Positions 56,344 through 64,000 of a DNA stretch of 64,000 bases are shown here, piece after piece (the first letter of the stretch is position 1; every line of letters begins with the position of its first letter). The stretch comes from Candidatus Zixiibacteriota bacterium. Its GTDB lineage: Bacteria; Zixibacteria; MSB-5A5; GN15; FEB-12. Below the pieces are notes generated by a model, which was given only the letters and a program-made list of their open reading frames with translations, did no database searches and was not told where the DNA came from. Location of the stretch: positions 145,925-209,924 of the forward strand of contig DAOSXA010000001.1 of NCBI GenBank assembly GCA_035380245.1, read 5' to 3'. The translations under genes were made by a program, and so were the position numbers.

Positions 56344-56359
56344 AGCATGCAGCGTGCCA
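56344..56359 (-). promoter_or_regulatory. Sigma-54 (-24/-12) promoter candidate for the flagellar operon
   Basis: The minus strand reads TGGCACGCTGCATGCT, against the consensus TGGCAC-N5-TTGCW. GG and GC are at the correct spacing. It lies 38 nt upstream of the GTG at 56306. Confidence 0.45.
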
Positions 56360-56534
56360 ACATCAACCGCGCAGCGCTAACGCGCTGTTGTACACCAACT
56401 TAATACTTGGAAGGCGGAAGTGATGCGGATAGGTAAAAGGAGTCTTCTGGAAAAAACTTCCGGAAATAACCGGTCAGATGTTCCACTAATCTCGAATTAG
56501 TGATGCGATGTGATGTGATGCGAGCGGCAGACGA

Positions 56535-57842
56535 CTAGCAATCTATGACAGAACCTAGAAGATGCTCGGGAGTAGCTGATTCGATGCGAACTTTTACGAT
56601 CTTTTTTCCTGAATCCAGGTCCGAAGGCAGCGTTACTCTCAAATAATTGTCGGAAATGCCCAGATGACGACCGTCAATACGGTGTTTGAATTCTGAGATA
56701 ACCTCAAGTGTATCACCGACTTGATCCAAATGAGCAAGACGCAGGCGTTCCCGTGATAAAGCTGTCAATAGCTTAGCTCGATGCCTGATCTCCTCCGGCG
56801 CCGTTTTATCCGGCATTGCAGCCGCTGCGGTGCCGGGGCGATCGGAATAGGAAAAAACATGCAGGTAATTCAATCCTGCGCGTTCCACCAGTTCAATGGC
56901 CTGCTCGAATTCCGCTTCGGTCTCCCCCGGAAAACCGACAATCACATCGGCGCCAATCACCGTTCCGGGGCGAGCCTGATAGAGTCGGCTCAGTTTGGCG
57001 GCAAATTGCTCGCGGTTGTAGGGCCGTCGCATCAGTTTGAGGATCCGATCCGATCCGGCCTGAAGAGGAATATGCCAATGACGACAAATGCGATGACCTG
57101 CGGTGCGGTACAGCTCGATCAGGTCGTCGTCAATCGTTTGCGGTTCTATCGAAGAAAGCCGGAGGCGGTAAATCTCAGTTTCGCTTAACAATAGCCGACA
57201 TAATCCGGCGAGATTACGAATCGGGGGCTGGTGCTCCGGATCCTGGTAATAACCCATGTTGACTGCCGTCAGAACAATTTCACGATACCCCGCACCGACC
57301 AGTGATTTAACTTCGGCAACGATATCATCAGCCGGTCGACATTTCAGATTGCCGCGTACGATTGTGACCAGACAATAAGCACAGGTTTGATTGCAGCCAT
57401 CGGAAATTTTTATCCAGGCTCGGTTACGCTGATAAAACTCCGCCAGGCCGGTCGGCTCGGTCGAACTGAGGCCAGAAAAAAGATCCGGTAAACGGGGCGG
57501 CAAGAGGTCACAGAGGAATTCTTTCTCACTGTTGCGGATGACGACATCAACCTCAGGCAAAGCCAGAACCTTTTCCGGGTCGGTTTCGACATAACAACCA
57601 ACCAGAACTACTTTGGCCCTGGGGTTATCCCGTTTCGCCTTACGGGCCAGATAGCGGCTGTCTTTGTCGGCTTTGTGGGTGACGGTGCAAGTGTTTATAA
57701 TGTACAGATCCGCCGGTTCGTTTCGCAAAACTCGTTCGAAACCGAATCGGGATAGATCGGCGGCCATTTTCTCCGTTTCGTATTGGTTGAGTCGACACCC
57801 TACCGTCTGAAACGAGACCTTGCGGCGTTTCTCAGCAGTCAT
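56535..57842 (-). CDS. mtaB: MiaB/RimO-family radical SAM methylthiotransferase, MtaB-like
   Basis: N-terminal SFQTVGCRLNQYE and a radical SAM cluster motif (DGCNQTCAYC). The start is 57842 or 57854. Confidence 0.78.
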   Translation of the reverse strand: MTAEKRRKVSFQTVGCRLNQYETEKMAADLSRFGFERVLRNEPADLYIINTCTVTHKADKDSRYLARKAKRDNPRAKVVLVGCYVETDPEKVLALPEVDVVIRNSEKEFLCDLLPPRLPDLFSGLSSTEPTGLAEFYQRNRAWIKISDGCNQTCAYCLVTIVRGNLKCRPADDIVAEVKSLVGAGYREIVLTAVNMGYYQDPEHQPPIRNLAGLCRLLLSETEIYRLRLSSIEPQTIDDDLIELYRTAGHRICRHWHIPLQAGSDRILKLMRRPYNREQFAAKLSRLYQARPGTVIGADVIVGFPGETEAEFEQAIELVERAGLNYLHVFSYSDRPGTAAAAMPDKTAPEEIRHRAKLLTALSRERLRLAHLDQVGDTLEVISEFKHRIDGRHLGISDNYLRVTLPSDLDSGKKIVKVRIESATPEHLLGSVIDC

Positions 57843-57885
57843 AACATTTCCCATATAAACGTAAAGGCGATGAACATTGAAAGAC

Positions 57886-60273
57886 TCACAGCATATCCTC
57901 CGGATCGACATCGACACCGATTCTTACGGCCGCCGGAAGATTAAAACGAGTCTGACTTCGTTCCCAAGCAGTCAGTGCCTTGATCAGCTTGACTATTTGA
58001 CCGGTTTTGACGAACAGGTGTCGGCGAAAACGTCCGCGAAGATATCCGAAAGTACAGGGAGCCGGGCCTAGTATCTGAGTCGAAATCCCGCATTGTTCAA
58101 CAATTCTATCGAGCGAAGAGCGAAACGATTTCGAGGCCCGGATTACGAGATCCTCGCGTGCGGAGCTGAAAACGAAGTTGACCAGGTGCGAGAAAGGGGG
58201 ATAATTTAGCGCTTCGCGCGATTCGATCTCACGCTCATAGAACGAATGGTAGTCCTGACGCGCGGCATCGTCAATCAACGGGCTTTCCGGTTGAAAAGTC
58301 TGCAAGATCACTTCCCCGGCTTGATCGGTGCGACCGGCTCGCCCCGCCACCTGGAGCAAACGGTCAAAGGTTTTTTCCGATGCCCGGAAATCCGGCAGAT
58401 AGAGGCTGGCATCGGCAGAAAGTACGCCAACCAGTGTTACGTCGGGGAAATCAAGTCCCTTTGTAACCATTTGAGTTCCGAGAAGGATGTTCTGTTTGCG
58501 AGCGCCGAAATCGGACAGAATTTTAAAAGCGCGACTGCGACCACCGGCTGAATCGGAATCCAAACGTATGGGGACCGCATTCTCGAACAAGCGAGGTATG
58601 ATATCTTCGATTTTTTGCGTTCCGGCGCCCAGATGTAATAATTCAGAGCTACCGCAGGCAGAACAAACCCGGTAGTCCGATTCCGTATAACCACAGTAAT
58701 GGCAGGTCAGACGAGCGCCCGCTTTATGGTACGTGAGATTAACCCGACAATTGGGACACCCGGGGACATGACCACACTGGGCGCATTTTACCTGTGGTGA
58801 AAATCCCCGTCGGTTCAAAAAGAGAATCACCTGACGATTATTGTCCAACCGGTCCTGGACCGCTTTTTTCAAGCCATAAGAAAAGGCATACAGATCACCG
58901 GCAAGACGGTCGCGCCTCATGTCGATAACTCGGACCGACGGCAGCCTGGCGCCAACCGGACGAGTTTTCAATTCAAGAAGTCGATAGCGTTTTCTCTGCA
59001 CATTATAATAGGTTTCCACCGACGGTGAAGCGGTACCCAGCAACACCGGTATGTTGCTGATTTTACCCCTCATAACAGCAGCATCACGACCGTGGAAACG
59101 AGGAGCCGGGTCGCTCTGTTTGTAAGAGGAGTCGTGTTCTTCATCGACAATAATCAGCCCCGGATCACATAACGGCGCGAAGAGTGCTGATCGGGGACCG
59201 ATCACCAAACGATAACGGCCGGTGCGGATACCGCGAAAACTCTCTGCCCGTTCGGAATCCGACATAGCGGAGTGGATTATCGTAACCTGATCGCCGAAAA
59301 ATCCCCGGCAGAAAGCCAGCACCTGTCCGGAAAGAGCGATTTCCGGGACCATTAACAAGGCGCTTTTACCTCTGTTCAGGAGTTCGCGGCAGATATGGCA
59401 ATAGACGAGGGTTTTGCCGGAGCCTGTAATACCATGAAGGAGTGTAACGGAGAATCCGGCATCGAGAGAGGCAATCATCTGGTCCGTTGCGCATTGCTGT
59501 TCTTCATTCAAACGGAATGAAATAACATCGTCACGCGGCGGTACGAATTCCTGTACGGAGACACGGGCTTCGCGAAAAACCGGTTGCAATGCGCCTGTTT
59601 TGGCGGCTTCACGAATCTGGTAGTTGGTCCACCCCTGTTCGCTTAGATCCGATGCGGACTTGATCCCCTCGAACAACTCCGGTTGGAATCGGCGGGTTTG
59701 GAAATGGCGAGTCCAGATATCGGCAGCACCTGTGCGATAACCAACTAAACGATTAGGTCCGGAATCATTAACTTCCGGCCATACCTCGGTAATCACTTTC
59801 TCTTCGATAAGCCTTTGCCAGAGCTTGCGGTCCCTGCGAAGTTCTCTTTCACGCACCGAAGACAGTAATCGACCGGCCTTTACCTGACCGAGGCGAGTTT
59901 GATCGGCCCAGTTCGGTGGTTTTTCCCAACAATAGCGGAGTGTCCGGCGACCTTTCATGGTTGGCGGTAAAGCCAGGGTCAGAGTGTCGGCAGGATTAGC
60001 AAAGTAGTAATCCGAAAGCCAAAGGCAGAAGTCGAACAACGTTTGACTGAAGAGAGTTTCAGCATCCAGAACAGAATGAATTTCTTTAAGGCTGACGCCT
60101 TCTGGTTTGCTCCCTGGACCAACATAGAAACCGATCTTATTGGAACGACCGAACGGGACAACCAGACGCTGTCCCGGTTGCAAATCAGGTAAATGCTCAG
60201 GACGGAGATAGGTAAAAGTCCGTCGCATCGGTCCTGAAACCGCGACTTCGGCCAATGCGGACGGGTTACTCAT
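57886..60273 (-). CDS. priA: Primosomal protein N' (replication restart helicase PriA)
   Basis: 795 aa with Walker A GITGSGKT, DEEHD, and a Cys-rich zinc-binding insert (CAQCGHVPGCPNC...CHYCGY...CSACGS). Confidence 0.93.
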   Translation of the reverse strand: MSNPSALAEVAVSGPMRRTFTYLRPEHLPDLQPGQRLVVPFGRSNKIGFYVGPGSKPEGVSLKEIHSVLDAETLFSQTLFDFCLWLSDYYFANPADTLTLALPPTMKGRRTLRYCWEKPPNWADQTRLGQVKAGRLLSSVRERELRRDRKLWQRLIEEKVITEVWPEVNDSGPNRLVGYRTGAADIWTRHFQTRRFQPELFEGIKSASDLSEQGWTNYQIREAAKTGALQPVFREARVSVQEFVPPRDDVISFRLNEEQQCATDQMIASLDAGFSVTLLHGITGSGKTLVYCHICRELLNRGKSALLMVPEIALSGQVLAFCRGFFGDQVTIIHSAMSDSERAESFRGIRTGRYRLVIGPRSALFAPLCDPGLIIVDEEHDSSYKQSDPAPRFHGRDAAVMRGKISNIPVLLGTASPSVETYYNVQRKRYRLLELKTRPVGARLPSVRVIDMRRDRLAGDLYAFSYGLKKAVQDRLDNNRQVILFLNRRGFSPQVKCAQCGHVPGCPNCRVNLTYHKAGARLTCHYCGYTESDYRVCSACGSSELLHLGAGTQKIEDIIPRLFENAVPIRLDSDSAGGRSRAFKILSDFGARKQNILLGTQMVTKGLDFPDVTLVGVLSADASLYLPDFRASEKTFDRLLQVAGRAGRTDQAGEVILQTFQPESPLIDDAARQDYHSFYEREIESREALNYPPFSHLVNFVFSSAREDLVIRASKSFRSSLDRIVEQCGISTQILGPAPCTFGYLRGRFRRHLFVKTGQIVKLIKALTAWERSQTRFNLPAAVRIGVDVDPEDML

Positions 60274-60290
60274 ATCGTTTCTGCCTGACT

Positions 60291-60326
60291 AAAAACGGCG
60301 GCAGGATTATAGGGCCTGCCGCCGTT
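60291..60326 (-). terminator. Rho-independent terminator after the TPR gene
   Basis: The minus strand reads ACGGCGGCAGG-ccctataat-CCTGCCGCCGT, an 11-bp GC stem, followed by TTTTT. Confidence 0.72.
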
Positions 60327-60380
60327 CATGGATAATTTGAGGTTGTTGCCGATCAGAGAATCAGCGGTAGTACGCTCGAT

Positions 60381-61799
60381 TTACTGGAGTTCCTTCAGCT
60401 TCTTGGCTACTTCGGCGGCCTTCTCTTTATTATTCACCTGCTTGTAGAGGCCTTCCAGTTGCTCCCACAGATCTCTCTTGGTCGGTTGTAATTCGACTGC
60501 TTTTTCGTAAGCCGTTATGGAGTTGTCGAACTGATCAAGATTGAGATAGCAGTCGCCCAGAGCTACCCAATGATCGGGATTAGTCGGTTGCAGCTTGGTG
60601 AGTTCATCAAAGGCTTTGGCTGCGCTTTCAAAATCCAAATCAATAGCGCTGAGAACAGCAAACATTTCCGTTGCTACCAATTCAGAGGGATCAACGTCAA
60701 ACACCTTGCCGAAATAAACCTTGGCCGAGTCAAGCAAACGATCACGTTCCGCTTTGTACTCTGTTACTTTGGCGGCGTCATCTCCGGCTTCGGACATTGC
60801 GTTACCGGCATTTTGTCCCATCTGGTTGTAATACCGACCGATACCGTTGAGAGCATCCAGATTGGCGGGATCAAGGGTCAACATCTTATGATAAGTATTA
60901 AGAGCATCCTCGTATTGGCCGCAGTTATTGTAGCAAATAGTCAGATTGAACATCGTTACCGTGTCAATGGCTGCGCTCGGATCATTGTTCAACTTAGCAA
61001 GTTCGGAATTAATATATGGCTCGAGGAATGGAACCGCTTCACAATACTGACCAATCTTGATGTAGTCATAGCCGATTGAGAATTCAAGCGCCGAGGAATC
61101 GGTCGAGGAGGTAGCGGCTTCCAATCCCTTAGTTTTCCATTCAACCGCTTTCTCTGTCTGCCCGGCTTCCTGATAAGCACTGCCAAGGCCGATATATGAA
61201 CGATTCTGGGCCGGATCAATGGCCATAGCGATTTCCATATTGGCTACGCAGGTATCGAATTTCGCCTGAATCTTTTCGTCATAGAATGCAATTTGAGTGG
61301 AGTCGGTCGTTTGAGCTTTTTCCTGGTTCATGTCGACCATCTCATTGACCTGAGCGATACCGGCATTGTAGAACTCACGCCAGTATTTGACCTTGATTGA
61401 GTCAGCCGCTGAGGTATGCACGTCACAATCCTTGCGGTTTTTTTTATCAATCTCCTCGTTGTCGCAACAGGCATGGAGAGAATCGACCAAAGCTACCATC
61501 TTTTTAACATAAGGGAGCTTAGCATTCGGGTTGGCCTGATTTTCCATGTAGTCGACCTGCATCTGCGACAGCAGGAAAAGTGCCTCGGCATTAGGGCCGT
61601 AATACATTATAAGTGAGTCGAGCATAGCCTCAGCCGAAGGATACCTATCCAAATCGCCGGAAATAATGTCAATCTTGGCTGACTTGATGTAGGCGCCCGG
61701 GGGGAGTTTTCGGTCTTTCGCATGAGTGGAAAGGACGAAACCGAGACTCGCCACTATCACCAGAAATAATACAACTGTCTTTCTCACAACAACCTCCAA
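60381..61799 (-). CDS. Secreted tetratricopeptide-repeat protein
   Basis: 472 aa. Signal peptide LFLVIVASLGFVLSTHA and multiple TPR-like units (ALGDCYLNLDQFDNSITAYEKAVELQP). Confidence 0.7.
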   Translation of the reverse strand: MEVVVRKTVVLFLVIVASLGFVLSTHAKDRKLPPGAYIKSAKIDIISGDLDRYPSAEAMLDSLIMYYGPNAEALFLLSQMQVDYMENQANPNAKLPYVKKMVALVDSLHACCDNEEIDKKNRKDCDVHTSAADSIKVKYWREFYNAGIAQVNEMVDMNQEKAQTTDSTQIAFYDEKIQAKFDTCVANMEIAMAIDPAQNRSYIGLGSAYQEAGQTEKAVEWKTKGLEAATSSTDSSALEFSIGYDYIKIGQYCEAVPFLEPYINSELAKLNNDPSAAIDTVTMFNLTICYNNCGQYEDALNTYHKMLTLDPANLDALNGIGRYYNQMGQNAGNAMSEAGDDAAKVTEYKAERDRLLDSAKVYFGKVFDVDPSELVATEMFAVLSAIDLDFESAAKAFDELTKLQPTNPDHWVALGDCYLNLDQFDNSITAYEKAVELQPTKRDLWEQLEGLYKQVNNKEKAAEVAKKLKELQ

Positions 61800-61878
61800 T
61801 CTTCACTGCGGATTCTCACAAACAACGTCCGAGAATCTAACAGAAGGTCCCTAGTTTGTCAACTGCCGATTACCAGCC

Positions 61879-63222
61879 TTACAGGTTGGTATAGCGCACT
61901 TTCAGGGTAACCGTGGTCCCCTGCCCTGCGGCAATCGGCAGGTTAATATGGAGCCGGGAGGCATCTTTACGTTCATATTGGGCGTTACAGCTCAGTACTT
62001 CCCAGTCACCATACATCAGTTTTTCGATACGCACGGTGATATCGGTATTTTTCCTGTTTCTTATTTCTATTTCGAAGGTGCGGTCGGTAACTTGTCGCGA
62101 GATTCTATCTTCGGCCATGACACGTTGCTCACCCACGACATCGAACGCATTCCCGATGGAAAGATTGACTTCTTCATCTCGCGGAGTATGAGAAATGGAC
62201 TCCTCGCCGAGCATGATCAGGGAACCGTCGTCATCGGCCTTGAACACGCGCACTCGACCGGCCGGAAGGGGCATGCCAAGACCGCTTTGTTCTGAATTAA
62301 TGAACTTAAGGGAGACATCAACCTTGCTGGGGTCCTGATCCGGACGATAGGTGAACAATTTCTCTACCTTAGTCTCGGCCGGATCAAACAAAGAGACCTG
62401 TTTTATCTCCCGATCGGCGATTGTCGCCGTACGCGGCAATGTATATAAGTGATATTCGAAGAAAGCCTTCTCCTCAAAGCTGGGGGATGCCATCGCTTCC
62501 ATAACAATCCCTTTGGCCATGCGTCGGGGGCTATTGTCGTACACCCGGTTGATGTCACCGGCAACGAGCTTCAGCTTAGCGTCATTATAGGTCTTGCCGG
62601 ATTGATTGGTTATCGAAGCCCAACCCGACATACCCAATTTACCTTCATCCGAGCTGAGTACGCCGACGTACTCGGCGCTCCAGTCCATGCCGCTGGTCTG
62701 ATACCCGACCTGAGCCTTGAGTTTTCCGGAAGTTTGCGAGTTGTATAACCAGAACAAGGTCGGACGGGTTATCAATCCCTCCGGAAGACTCGGGAAGTTG
62801 ATCTCAGCGATATTATCCAGTCGGATAAGCTTAATGCGACCGGAGTCATCCTGCAACGTTACCAGACCACTGCTGTAAGCCAGCAATCGTCCGGCATAGA
62901 GACGGCCGTCTTTATCAATCAGTTCAATTTGCTGGTCAAGATACCGATTATAAAGTTTCTCGGGACTGACCAGATCATAAGCATAGTTTTGTTCCAGAAT
63001 AGCCACCTGACCGGGATGGTCGACCAGTTCGAACCGAACCGAGGCAGGATCGATCTGAGCCGGAACATCACGGAATTGTATCTGGTGAGTGCCGGACTGG
63101 AACTCCATCGGGCGGATTTCACTGACCACACCGACGTTGGAATTATAGACCGTCACGGCTAAATCTTCTGCCGAAACCATGGCTGCCGTGAGAATCAGGA
63201 TGACAATTGCTACAAATCTCAT
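61879..63222 (-). CDS. DUF4139/DUF4140-like secreted protein
   Basis: 447 aa with a signal peptide. N-terminal VTVYNSNVGVVSEIR and an all-beta pattern typical of the family. Confidence 0.55.
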   Translation of the reverse strand: MRFVAIVILILTAAMVSAEDLAVTVYNSNVGVVSEIRPMEFQSGTHQIQFRDVPAQIDPASVRFELVDHPGQVAILEQNYAYDLVSPEKLYNRYLDQQIELIDKDGRLYAGRLLAYSSGLVTLQDDSGRIKLIRLDNIAEINFPSLPEGLITRPTLFWLYNSQTSGKLKAQVGYQTSGMDWSAEYVGVLSSDEGKLGMSGWASITNQSGKTYNDAKLKLVAGDINRVYDNSPRRMAKGIVMEAMASPSFEEKAFFEYHLYTLPRTATIADREIKQVSLFDPAETKVEKLFTYRPDQDPSKVDVSLKFINSEQSGLGMPLPAGRVRVFKADDDGSLIMLGEESISHTPRDEEVNLSIGNAFDVVGEQRVMAEDRISRQVTDRTFEIEIRNRKNTDITVRIEKLMYGDWEVLSCNAQYERKDASRLHINLPIAAGQGTTVTLKVRYTNL

Positions 63223-63460
63223 TGTTTTCTCCTTCGTGCCTTATACACCGACCATCCCGAATCCGGAGTCGGATCTGACCTTTTAACTGCTTCATGGTCT
63301 CGCCGAGACGGTCCGGGATCAAGTTTTAACGATATTACCCAGGACATATTTAAATCTTCCTAAAAATTACTGAAGTTATTGCAATCAGGCATCTTAGGAC
63401 GATCATTGGGGAACGTTTTTTATGTTTACGGGTAAACTGTTGTAGGGCAGATTGAGAGGT

Positions 63461-64000
63461 ATGGCAGGCAGATTGAAAGTTCTTCTTTTAACTCACAATT
63501 ACCCCCGCTACCAAGGTGATTTCAGCGGTGTGTTTCTTTCGCTGCTGACCCGAAGACTCACCGAGCTGGGTCATATAGTGCATGTCGTGGCGCCTCACGA
63601 CGCCGGTATTCCCGAAGAAGACGAACATGACGGAGTGCTGATTCACCGTTTTCGTTATGCCGACGATGAGGGCGAAACACTCGCCTATCGCGGCAATATG
63701 CACGAGGTGGCCCTCGGATCGGTCAAGGGACTGATGTTGTTGCGCCGCTTCCTGAAAGCATTTCAGAATAAAGCTCGGACATTAATTGAAAAAGAGTCGT
63801 TCGATTGTCTCGCCGGCCACTGGCTAGTCCCGACCGGGATTGTCATGAAACGATTACGGCGGAAGTTCAAGGGACCGATGATCCTGTCATCACACGGCTC
63901 CGATCTGCGGATAATAAGCAAATACGGAAAACTCCCATACAGGTATCTGCGGCCGATGTGCCTGCGCCTCGGTCGCTGGACGGTGGTCTCAAGTTGGTTG
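63461..64000 (+). CDS. Glycosyltransferase family 4 (N-terminal part; runs off the window)
   Basis: ATG at 63461 after GAGAGG. The frame stays open to 64000: MAGRLKVLLLTHNYPRYQGDFSGVFLSLL...GHIVHVVAPHD...ILSSHGSDL. Confidence 0.7.
   Translation, partial: MAGRLKVLLLTHNYPRYQGDFSGVFLSLLTRRLTELGHIVHVVAPHDAGIPEEDEHDGVLIHRFRYADDEGETLAYRGNMHEVALGSVKGLMLLRRFLKAFQNKARTLIEKESFDCLAGHWLVPTGIVMKRLRRKFKGPMILSSHGSDLRIISKYGKLPYRYLRPMCLRLGRWTVVSSWL

Overview
This 64-kb window comes from a diderm, flagellated, non-model bacterium. GC looks mid-range by eye, and more than 90% of genes are on the minus strand.

Gene order, left to right:
- A YidD-domain fusion protein, then lysS and coaD.
- A PilM-like and ComEA-like pair.
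- A Kdo/LPS block: lptC-like, lpxL-family acyltransferase, kdsD, kdsC, kdsA.
- A 0.8-kb repeat-filled intergenic region.
- A five-gene co-directional locus: HlyD-type adaptor, VTC/triphosphate-tunnel protein, DUF4956 membrane protein, a 1249-aa secreted CotH-kinase with 5 lamin-tail domains, and a beta-helix lipoprotein.
- An ECF sigma, anti-sigma and Spy-like module.
- A few plus-strand accessory genes, including a CPBP protease.
- A 3.8-kb islet next to tRNA-Ser(GCU), bounded by a 24-nt direct repeat of the tRNA 3' end. It carries a 5'-truncated RHS toxin gene and a lipoprotein (candidate immunity).
- About 27 kb of co-directional flagellar genes: a sigma-54-type promoter, then ylxF/motE-like, fliK, flgD, flgE, flbD, fliLMNOPQR, flhBAFG, fliA. 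This runs into an unusual signalling tail: DUF2225, three PilZ proteins, a GAF-DHp protein with no ATPase domain, a PAS-GAF kinase with degenerate ATP-binding boxes, three stand-alone receivers, an MCP-tip-like mini protein, and FapA.
- mtaB, priA, a TPR protein, a DUF4139 protein and a partial GT4 glycosyltransferase.

Best candidates for an undescribed system:
1. The adaptor/VTC/DUF4956/CotH-LTD/beta-helix locus, a possible envelope-spanning polyphosphate-linked surface system.
2. The kinase-deficient two-component plus c-di-GMP (PilZ) module fused to the flagellar operon.
3. The decayed tRNA-Ser islet, with an orphan RHS C-terminal toxin truncated exactly at a promoter-bearing 155-bp repeat element.

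Several dispersed hairpin-repeat families fill the intergenic regions. All family assignments come from motif recognition by eye. No searches were run, so novelty cannot be verified here.
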